In this document: in pieces, positions 33,699-41,038 of the stretch | Layout: every line of letters starts with the position of its first letter | How positions within the stretch are numbered: position 1 is the first letter of the stretch | Assembly (NCBI GenBank): GCA_964652605.1 | Contig: CAZZBH010000005.1 | Span: 1 to 62,400 of the forward strand | Source: an uncultured Planctomycetaceae bacterium | GTDB lineage: Bacteria > Planctomycetota > UBA8742 > UBA2392 | Direction: 5' to 3' | Length of the DNA: 62,400 nucleotides | Translations under genes and position numbers: made by a program | Notes under the pieces: generated by a model | The model's input: only the letters and a program-made list of their open reading frames with translations | Told to the model about the DNA's origin: nothing | Databases searched by the model: none

Positions 33699-34223
33699 AT
33701 GCGCAGGATTCGTTACCAGGTCGCGTGCTCGTTGGATGGCTACCTGGCCGGGCCGAACGGCGAGGTTGACTGGATCGTTGAGGACCAAGCCGTCAATCCC
33801 GATCTCGAAGCCATGTTCAACCAGGTTGACACGCTGCTGATGGGCCGACTGACGTATGAAGACGCGCTCAAGCGCGGCTCAGCCGGCTTCTGGGGCAAGC
33901 GGGTTATCGTTTTCTCGCGCACACTGCGGCAGGATGAGCACTCCGAGGTCACCGTCGTTTCCGGCGACCCGGCACCCGTGATTCGCGAACTGCGCGAGGC
34001 GCCGGGCAAGGACATCTGGCTATTTGGCGGTGGAGCGCTCGCCGCCAGCCTCCTGGCACAGGATTGCGTGGACACGATCGAGCCCGCAATCATGCCGGTC
34101 ATGCTGGGCGGCGGAGTGCCGATGCTGCCCGTTCCGACACCACGCCGGCGCTTGAAACTGACAAGGCGCCGCGAGTACCCCAGCGGAATCCTGTGGCTTG
34201 AATACCTGGTACTGCCGGGATAG
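33699..34223 (+). CDS. Dihydrofolate-reductase-family (RibD C-terminal domain) protein
   Basis: MRRIRYQVACSLDGYLAGPNGEVDWI..., LLMGRLTYE, IWLFGGGALA; ~175 aa. Confidence 0.75.
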   Translation: MRRIRYQVACSLDGYLAGPNGEVDWIVEDQAVNPDLEAMFNQVDTLLMGRLTYEDALKRGSAGFWGKRVIVFSRTLRQDEHSEVTVVSGDPAPVIRELREAPGKDIWLFGGGALAASLLAQDCVDTIEPAIMPVMLGGGVPMLPVPTPRRRLKLTRRREYPSGILWLEYLVLPG

Positions 34224-35030
34224 CTACTTGGCTTTGGCCTTCTTCTTGCGCGCCTTGCCGATGTCCTTGCTGATGCGGGGCCAGTTGTTCTCAGCGTGCA
34301 GAATGCTGTAAAAGGCGAAAAGATCACGCTCCTTTTCCGGCGCGATCTGGCGCATGCGCGCCAGCGCCTCCGGCCCTTCAATGCCCGGCTCGATGAACTT
34401 CTCAGCCTGCGCCACGCGCAGCATGATCGCAAACGGAGCGCGTTCGGCGTCGTCCCAGGCAATACTGCAGATGGAAGGGCTGTTCTTTTCGGTAATCAAC
34501 TTGGCGTCCAGCGGCATCGGCTGGTCGAGAATCTTGACCATATCGACGTAGCCCGGCACTTCAGGGTGATCTGGAAGACCCGATTCTCGGGTGACCATGC
34601 CGTCGTCGTCGTCGTCGTCGTCGCTTGACGAGACCTCGGGCTTGTCGCCCGGTACTGGCTCGGGAATGACCTCCGGGATTTCCATCAGGTCAAAGTAGAG
34701 GTTGGTCTTGGTAAACTTGCCGAACAGATCGCGCAGAAAGCGGCGCAGCGCGTAGGCCTTCTGCTCGGCGTGCGGCGTGCCTGCATCCTCGAGTACCTCT
34801 TGAACTTCGGCAACCGGGCTGACGCGGATCTCGTTCCAGTCGATGAACCTGGCGCGCAGTGCCTGCTCTGCCTTCTGCGCATTGGTGATGCTGTTGTTAC
34901 GCATCAAGATGGTCATGCACAAGTGTGACGCGGGGCTGCGCCGGTCTTTATCAAAGACCTTGGCGTAGTCCTTCTTCCACTTCATGTGCAGCTTGCGGGC
35001 TTTGCCCTGAAGTTCTCTAAGCGTCGGCAT
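34224..35030 (-). CDS. Hypothetical protein with weak HhH-GPD/EndoIII-like N-terminal resemblance and a poly-Asp tract
   Basis: Clean 268-aa ORF convergent with the previous gene. LCMTILMRNNSITNAQKAEQALRARFIDWNEIRVSPVAEVQEVL resembles the helix-hairpin-helix glycosylase superfamily pattern. Contains SSSDDDDDDDG. Confidence 0.4.
   Translation of the reverse strand: MPTLRELQGKARKLHMKWKKDYAKVFDKDRRSPASHLCMTILMRNNSITNAQKAEQALRARFIDWNEIRVSPVAEVQEVLEDAGTPHAEQKAYALRRFLRDLFGKFTKTNLYFDLMEIPEVIPEPVPGDKPEVSSSDDDDDDDGMVTRESGLPDHPEVPGYVDMVKILDQPMPLDAKLITEKNSPSICSIAWDDAERAPFAIMLRVAQAEKFIEPGIEGPEALARMRQIAPEKERDLFAFYSILHAENNWPRISKDIGKARKKKAKAK
34602..34622. repeat. (GTC)7 trinucleotide repeat encoding Asp7 on the minus strand
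   Basis: Seven perfect GTC units. Confidence 0.9.
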
Positions 35031-35047
35031 GCGGCTCTCTTTCTCTG

Positions 35048-35968
35048 TCAGTTCTGAAGGCTGTTGCTCCAGTCAGTCCACTGCGCCACTGCGTTCAACT
35101 GCTCTGCGGCCGGAGCGTATGGGTCATAGACAATCGGCTTCAAGGTCGGTGTCAGCTTTCCGTGAATCCAGTTCAACAGCTTGACGACGTCGGCGCGAAC
35201 CGCCGATGGCTTGCCGGTTGTCCATTCCCTCAGCGTGATGCTGCCGTCCTGATCGGCGTCGATTTCGCTGAATTCGTCGTCGTTGCCGGAGTACTCTTCA
35301 CGCGTCAGCTTGTCGTCCCGGTTGGCATCTGACAGCTCAAAGTCGGCGCGTGAACGCACGCGAAGCAGACCGATCAGCAATTCGCGTTGTGCACGCTCTA
35401 GTTCATTGTGTTGCTCGCCGAAGCGCCGTACAACCGCCCATCGCACGTCCCGGTCGGGGTCAGCGATCGCCTGTAAGAAACGCGTGCGCTGTCCGCCCGG
35501 GCCATGAATCTGCAGCGTTCGCGCGGCGCGTATGCGCACGCGGGCATCCGGATCCGATAACCGGGCAGCAACCTGCGCTCTTACTGCTTCAGCGACTTCC
35601 GTGTCAACGGCACCTAGGTCCACGTACTCAAGAAACCGAATGGCCTCGACTATTGCGGCTTCGTCGCCTGCCTCAGTGCTGTCTTCCAGAAAGCGGGCAA
35701 TGGCCATAGCGCCGCGCCCACCAGCCGCGCGCAACCGGTTGTTGGCCTGTACGCGCTGAAGGGGATCTTCAGACGAAAGCAACCTGACATCTCCGTCCAG
35801 CAGCGGCGGGGCGGGATCGTCGGGCTGTGCCTTGCGAGCCTCGACGGGGCCGCGCAACGGCGGCTGCAGCTCGCGGGTGCTGATTTGAACGATGCGGTCC
35901 AGTTCCTGGTTGCGGTTGGGCGGCGCGAAGCAGCCTGACAACAAGAATGCCATGGTCGCGGCGATCAA
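35048..35968 (-). CDS. Lipoprotein with HEAT-like repeats and two EF-hand Ca-binding loops
   Basis: Lipobox FLLSGC. HEAT-like helices (ARLSDPDARVRIRAARTL, IADPDRDVRWAVVRRF). EF-hand loops DANRDDKLTREE and DADQDGSITLRE. Start is ambiguous: TTG 35968, ATG 35953, or an ATG overlapping rpsP. The upstream part of ORF 35048..36604 overlaps rpsP and is not credited. Confidence 0.6.
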   Translation of the reverse strand: MIAATMAFLLSGCFAPPNRNQELDRIVQISTRELQPPLRGPVEARKAQPDDPAPPLLDGDVRLLSSEDPLQRVQANNRLRAAGGRGAMAIARFLEDSTEAGDEAAIVEAIRFLEYVDLGAVDTEVAEAVRAQVAARLSDPDARVRIRAARTLQIHGPGGQRTRFLQAIADPDRDVRWAVVRRFGEQHNELERAQRELLIGLLRVRSRADFELSDANRDDKLTREEYSGNDDEFSEIDADQDGSITLREWTTGKPSAVRADVVKLLNWIHGKLTPTLKPIVYDPYAPAAEQLNAVAQWTDWSNSLQN

Positions 35969-36255
35969 GCCGACGCGAATGCCTTCTTGCGCATTTCGCG
36001 CGCGGTGGCCTTGTTGATGCCTTGCTTGCGAAACAGGCTCCATACGGTCGGGGTTGGCTGCGCACCCTTGGAAAGCCAGCTCTCGACCTTGGCGCGGTCG
36101 ATGGTGACCTTGTCGGCTTCGGTCGCGATATTGGGGTTGTAGCTTCCCACCACCTCGATAAATCGACCGTCGCGCGGGCTCTTGCTGTCTGCCGCGACAA
36201 TCCGGAACGTGTGGTAGTGCTTGCGCCCCGTCCTTGAGAGACGAATCTTTACCAT
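35965..36255 (-). CDS. rpsP: 30S ribosomal protein S16
   Basis: MVKIRLSRTGRKHYHTFRIVAADSKSPRDGRFIEVVGSYNP is the canonical S16 N-terminus. Confidence 0.95.
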   Translation of the reverse strand: MVKIRLSRTGRKHYHTFRIVAADSKSPRDGRFIEVVGSYNPNIATEADKVTIDRAKVESWLSKGAQPTPTVWSLFRKQGINKATAREMRKKAFASA

Positions 36256-36431
36256 TAACCAAGCCTCCAGCGCTGCTCATCAGTTCCTGCCAGCCGGCCG
36301 GACCCAATTGCCCCGCAACCGGTACTCCCCGGCGTGCAGGGCGCGAAAGGGTAGCGGGTGCAAGGAGTTGTTGCAAGGGGATGGGAGGCGTCAACCACCC
36401 TGCAGCGTGTGCGCGACGGGCAGCATGCCAT

Positions 36432-37022
36432 TCAGGGCTTCCAGTCGCGCGGCAGGCGGTTCTTTGGCGCAGCTGTGCGGGTGAGGTCAAGCTGTGAGTC
36501 AAGGTCTTCGGGGCGCACCACGACGTCGTCGATCGTGGAATCTTCACGCTGTAACGTTCCCTCAAGGATGCCACGCAGAATCTGCGCAGGCCCGTCGCCC
36601 TCAAACTGCATGCCAGACAAGCCCGGCAGATTGCTGAACAGCAGCTTCACGTCCACTAGTCCGCCGCCCTTCTGCTTCAGTCCGGCAAGAATTTCGCGCG
36701 CGCGAGAGAATGCTTCGCACAGGCTTTCGACCTCTTCCAGATCGCACCCGGACTTAAAGGCTACTTCACGGCGCCGCAGCTCGTCCATCAGCTCGGGGTT
36801 TGCCTGCTCATCGTCTGCCATCACGGCTTTCATGCGTTCAAGCCGTTCAATGTGCTCTTCGATGTCGCTTTCGATCTCGCGAATCAGGTCCGACAGCGAG
36901 CCGGCATCAAGGCCGAGCTTGGAACCCTCTAGGGCCTGCTTGACCTGGTCGCCCAACTGCATGGTGCGCAGGTCCTTCATGCTGCGGATCAGAGTTTCCA
37001 GAGTAAAGTTGTCCGCGTCCAC
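36432..37022 (-). CDS. Stand-alone, acidic SRP54 M-domain-like protein (no NG GTPase domain)
   Basis: GTG at 37022 lies 6 nt after GGAGA. [31 protein letters not shown] parallels Ffh [84 protein letters not shown] aligns without gaps to Ffh MTPKERRLPEQLNLSRKRRIAAGAGRTPEELNRLLKSFEQMREMVQGLKNQG, with about 19/52 identical by hand count. Confidence 0.5.
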   Translation of the reverse strand: [196 protein letters not shown]

Positions 37023-37181
37023 GTGATGTCTCCGGCTGACATTATAACGGAGTCTCTGCCGCAATGCCAATTGCCCACCGGCAATCAAACGCCTGATCGG
37101 GCGCCATTGTTTCATGCCTCGAGATTGCGCCAACCCGCACGTCAGCGGAGCGTACCAACAGCGGGCCACCCGGAGACTGTC

Positions 37182-38087
37182 ATGATTCGCTCAATTGCCG
37201 CGCTTTTGCTGGTTCTTGCCGCCTTCACTATTGCAGGGGCACAATCCGACGACAGCCCTGTGCGCCTGCCCATCGGCGGCGGTCGCAGCTACATTCCGTT
37301 TGAGGTCCAGCAACAGGACGGCAAGATCGCATGGAAAGTCACCGGCCGCGGCACTGTCAAGGTTGAAGATGTCGTCGGTGCACTTTCAACTGCGCTTGGG
37401 CGTCGCATTTCGCTCACGCCCGAAGCATCGGGCAAGATGCGCAACGTCGTGCCGTTCGTCGCGCCCGAGGGCGGGGTGGTCGTCGCGAATGACGAGTTGC
37501 TCGACTTCGCCAATGAGCTGCTGGCGTCGGGCCATCTGGCGGTGGTCGGGATGACGCGCGGCAACGGCAAGTTGGCGACGCTAGGCGAGGCAAGATCAGC
37601 CGCCCTGCTGGTCAGCGCTGAAGAAGTCGGCGGCATGCAGCAGACTGAGTGGGCGACCGTTACACGAACCCTCATTCATGCAGACGCCGACGTAGTGCGG
37701 AGCGCGTTCAATGCCAGCATTTCGGCGCCCGAAATGAGCTTCTCGGCCCGCGCGAACCAGGTCGTGCTTACGGGGCCCGTCGCGCAGGTACGCAAGATGC
37801 TGGCAGTGATCGACGCAGTTGACGCGCCCGGCGCGGGCGACTACCAAGAAATCGTTCGCAGCTACACTCTGCCTGCCAATGTACAGCCGCAACAGGCCGT
37901 TGCTGCGCTTCGGGAACTGTTTGACTCGCCCACCACTACCGTCACAGACTTCGAAGGCAAGGTCCGCGTCACTGGCAAAGATAGCCGCCGCGCAACCATC
38001 GTCCCGCTGGGAAACAACCGGATTCTGGTGCGGGCAAGCGCATCCGCCCAGGGGCTGGTTGCTGATGCCGTTGACGCCATGAAGTAG
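37182..38087 (+). CDS. Secreted protein with secretin-N/GspD-N1-like repeats
   Basis: GGAGA precedes the ATG at 37182. Signal peptide MIRSIAALLLVLAAFTIAGAQ. Segments such as NQVVLTGPVAQVRKMLAVIDAVDAP and NNRILVRASASAQGLVADAVDAM resemble secretin N-domain ends. Confidence 0.45.
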   Translation: MIRSIAALLLVLAAFTIAGAQSDDSPVRLPIGGGRSYIPFEVQQQDGKIAWKVTGRGTVKVEDVVGALSTALGRRISLTPEASGKMRNVVPFVAPEGGVVVANDELLDFANELLASGHLAVVGMTRGNGKLATLGEARSAALLVSAEEVGGMQQTEWATVTRTLIHADADVVRSAFNASISAPEMSFSARANQVVLTGPVAQVRKMLAVIDAVDAPGAGDYQEIVRSYTLPANVQPQQAVAALRELFDSPTTTVTDFEGKVRVTGKDSRRATIVPLGNNRILVRASASAQGLVADAVDAMK

Positions 38088-38434
38088 CCACGCGCCGTTT
38101 ATCCAACGCCAATGACGCCACGTGTAGCGGTGGCGATCTGGTCGATTTCTACCATGCCAATCGTAAGCCGCTTCACATGCACGATTTGTGCCTATGTGCT
38201 GAAATGTCTTAATCTTCAGGCCAATTCAGCCGATCATAAAATAGGTGAAATCTGACTGACGATGCCAATTCTTAGCTTGTACCGGACAATGGCCTGACAG
38301 CGACGTTTGCAAGCCTCGATCCTCTGGAACCAGCTTCACGCTTGGATTTCACTGGAATCCATCCCCGCAAGGCCCCATTATAAAGGCGGGGGAAGCGCTC
38401 ATCGGTCCCGGACCGGCGAGCAGGAGGTTGCAGA

Positions 38435-39868
38435 ATGTCATATTCCCCCACTGTCTTCCTGACATTGTTGATGACGCTTGCCAGCGCCCCACTGGTCGCT
38501 CAGGAGCGCGAGCTTTCACGACAGGTTCAGCGCCTGTCTGCTCCGGCAGCATGGGAGCGCGCAGACGCGGTGCAGCGTATCGCCGCAATGCCAGGCGATA
38601 TCGGTCCAGACCTGCGAGTTGCCTACCGCGTCGCCCACGGACTTGAGCGAGCGGGGATGCTGCAAGCCGCCCTCAAGCGTAACGACCCAGCGCTGGTGGC
38701 TCACGCCGCCGCCGCGTTGTCTGGTGATGATGAGCGCATCGCCGCAAGCGCACGCGCCTACTTGTTGGCACTTGCCGCAGAGAACCTCAGCGACCAGCAG
38801 CCGGAACTTGACGAGACGCAACTGTCCGCCTGGCAGAACTTTCTTAACTTCCGCCTGCGCCGCGACATCGTGAGCGCGCTGCTGGAGGATTACCTCAAGC
38901 CGGGCGGCGTGGCCGATGCTACGGATGCCTTGCGCCAGCGCGACAGCGCAGGGTTGGACCGCGAGCTTCTGGCGCTGATTGGCGCCGACATTGCATTCCG
39001 TGACCCTCTGCAACTTGCCGTCGAGGAAAGAATCGCTCGCGGCACTGAGGCTTCGCGCATGTTCGCGCCCAACTGGCGCCAGTTGAACGAAAGTGCAGCC
39101 GCCCTGCCAACGGCGCTTTCTTTCTTTGCCGAAGGTGGCATGACCGAAGACCTTGAGCTTGAGCTAAGTCGCGCGGGCACTGCCCGGCTTGCAGCCGGCC
39201 TGGTTGTGGTGATCGACCTGCGGGCTGCAGCGACCCGCGCGCTTGCGGACAGCCCGCAAGCCGGTACGTACACCGATCAGTTGCAGGTCGTGTACGATGG
39301 GGCTTCGGATCTTGAGCCCCCGCGAGCGTTGCGCAATTCTCTCGACACCGAAACGCTGAAGACCGAGATCGAAGTGGTTATGGCTCGCCTCGGCAAGCCG
39401 GAGATGCTGAAGGCGCGCATCGAAGGGCTTCGTGCGCACATCCAGCGGGCACGCATGGCGTCAGGCAACCTGAACGCCGCCGGCGGCAACCGGCCGGACC
39501 TGCTGGCGCGGCACCGGATTGCGCAGTTATTGCTGCGCGCCGGTGACCACCAGGGCGCCGAGGCGGAGTGGGCTGTCGCGGTCGAAGACGCGCTGGAATT
39601 GCTGCGCGACAACGGCAAGCGCTCACGCAGTGCACTGGTTTCCTACATAGGCGCGTGCTTGTACAATCTGGCTTGCGCGCAGGGGCTTCAGCTCAGGCTG
39701 TCGCGCAGTCTGGAGAGCCTGAAGGCGGCGGTTGATCATGGCTACAAAGACTTCGCCTGGATGCTCGAAGACGCCGACCTGGCGCACGTGCGCCGCATGC
39801 CTGAGTTTGACGAGTGGTTTCGTCGCGCTGCTCCTCCTGCTGTCGTTGACACCATGGCCATCGACTAG
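38435..39868 (+). CDS. Secreted HEAT/TPR-like repeat protein
   Basis: AGGAGG precedes the ATG. Signal peptide ...LTLLMTLASAPLVAQ. All-alpha repeat character. C-terminal ...DFAWMLEDADLAHVRRMPEFDEWF is typical of TPR-protein ends. Confidence 0.55.
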   Translation: MSYSPTVFLTLLMTLASAPLVAQERELSRQVQRLSAPAAWERADAVQRIAAMPGDIGPDLRVAYRVAHGLERAGMLQAALKRNDPALVAHAAAALSGDDERIAASARAYLLALAAENLSDQQPELDETQLSAWQNFLNFRLRRDIVSALLEDYLKPGGVADATDALRQRDSAGLDRELLALIGADIAFRDPLQLAVEERIARGTEASRMFAPNWRQLNESAAALPTALSFFAEGGMTEDLELELSRAGTARLAAGLVVVIDLRAAATRALADSPQAGTYTDQLQVVYDGASDLEPPRALRNSLDTETLKTEIEVVMARLGKPEMLKARIEGLRAHIQRARMASGNLNAAGGNRPDLLARHRIAQLLLRAGDHQGAEAEWAVAVEDALELLRDNGKRSRSALVSYIGACLYNLACAQGLQLRLSRSLESLKAAVDHGYKDFAWMLEDADLAHVRRMPEFDEWFRRAAPPAVVDTMAID

Positions 39869-41033
39869 CGTGCACGCACAAGACGGCCTGAATTCGCCCG
39901 TCGCGTGGGAGCGTGCGGCCGCAGAGGCTGCTCTGTCCGAAGCAGAGTTGCTGCAACTGTGTCGTGACCGCCTTGACAACGGCGCGGGCACCCCGGCAAC
40001 CGTTCGTGCCCTGTCGGTGCTGGAGGGCAAGAACGATAAAGCCGATCTGCCGCGAATCCTGAAGTACATTGACGATCTGGATCCCGCGGTGTCAGCCGCT
40101 GCCATGGGTGCATTGCGGGCCTACGGCACCCAGGGGTTGAAGTCCTTGCGCGAATTGAACGACCGCGTGGTCGATATCGGCACACGCAAACGGGTAGTGG
40201 AGAGGCTGCTGCTGGATCACATCATGCGGTGCTGTCGCCGCGACAACGCGATCAACCCGTTCCGGCTTGGGTTTCAGTCCCGGTTTGATGAGCTCTACTC
40301 GGTTGAAGAAGACGTTGATTCGCTGATGCTCAAGCTGTTGCGTGAGGCGCGTTCGGATATCCGCGACGACATTTCCGGCCGGCGCTACTACAACTACCGG
40401 GGCTACAGCGATGGGCCGCCCTTTGTGGATTACGGCGGTCTGGCCGTTGCCGCCCTGGCAAAGAACATGCCCGAAGTGCTGCTGCAGGAGTTCGGCGAGC
40501 TGGGCACCGTGGAGCAGGACAACGACTACTACTATTACAGTTACAGTGCACGCTCGCCGGTGGTCGGAGAATTGGCAATCTTCTTTGCCCGCAACGAAAA
40601 GCCGGCGCTGGCCGACAAGCTGATCAGTAATCTTGAATCCAGCATGCGCTGGTCCAACGCCGAGCAGTTCGGCTTCACGCACATCCAGATTGCCGCTCTG
40701 CAGGCTGTTGCCTTACAAGAAGTATCGCCCGCACTGGAGCGCATCAACGAAAACATCAAGAACATCGCCACCGACACCACGATTACAAGCCGCGCCCACT
40801 ACCTGCGAGCGCGCCTGCTGATGGAGCTGGGCGAGGAGGGCGCAGCACTGCGCGCGCTGGAAGACTCCATGGAGTCCAGCGACCAGGCAATGGTGATGGC
40901 ACTTGTGGACGACTCGTTCAAGCCGCTGGAGGCGGACCGGCGCTTTCAGGCCGTGCGCCGCTACTGCGAGCTGGCGGTTCGCCGCGTTCCCGCTGATGCT
41001 CGTCCCTGGCGGCCTGACGTTGCCGCGGAGTAA
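39732..41033 (+). CDS. Secreted HEAT/TPR-like repeat protein, paralog-like to the upstream gene
   Basis: Shares the N-terminal motif (LNSPVAWERAAAEAAL against LSAPAAWERADAVQRI) and the C-terminal motif (DDSFKPLEADRRFQAV). The start is uncertain: ATG 39732 overlaps the upstream gene by 137 nt, and a TTG nearer the hydrophobic signal segment is possible. Confidence 0.5.
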   Translation: MIMATKTSPGCSKTPTWRTCAACLSLTSGFVALLLLLSLTPWPSTSVHAQDGLNSPVAWERAAAEAALSEAELLQLCRDRLDNGAGTPATVRALSVLEGKNDKADLPRILKYIDDLDPAVSAAAMGALRAYGTQGLKSLRELNDRVVDIGTRKRVVERLLLDHIMRCCRRDNAINPFRLGFQSRFDELYSVEEDVDSLMLKLLREARSDIRDDISGRRYYNYRGYSDGPPFVDYGGLAVAALAKNMPEVLLQEFGELGTVEQDNDYYYYSYSARSPVVGELAIFFARNEKPALADKLISNLESSMRWSNAEQFGFTHIQIAALQAVALQEVSPALERINENIKNIATDTTITSRAHYLRARLLMELGEEGAALRALEDSMESSDQAMVMALVDDSFKPLEADRRFQAVRRYCELAVRRVPADARPWRPDVAAE

Positions 41034-41038
41034 GCCTG

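Noticed and set aside
33740-34462. 240-aa minus-strand ORF across the DHFR-family gene and the neighbouring gene end
   Set aside because: It spans two convergent, better-supported genes and has an Arg/Ser/Pro-rich composition.
35969-36604. Upstream half of the 518-aa ORF 35048..36604
   Set aside because: It overlaps the unmistakable rpsP gene (35965..36255) in another frame. It is Arg/Pro/Ala-rich, as is typical of out-of-frame translation in high-G+C DNA. The credible protein begins at the lipobox region near 35953-35968.
38112-38267. 51-codon ORF (MTPRVAVAIWSISTMPIVSRFTCTICAYVLKC…) in the A+T-rich spacer
   Set aside because: It has no Shine-Dalgarno sequence, its codon usage is unlike neighbouring genes, and it has no recognisable motif. 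It is kept only as part of the spacer observation.
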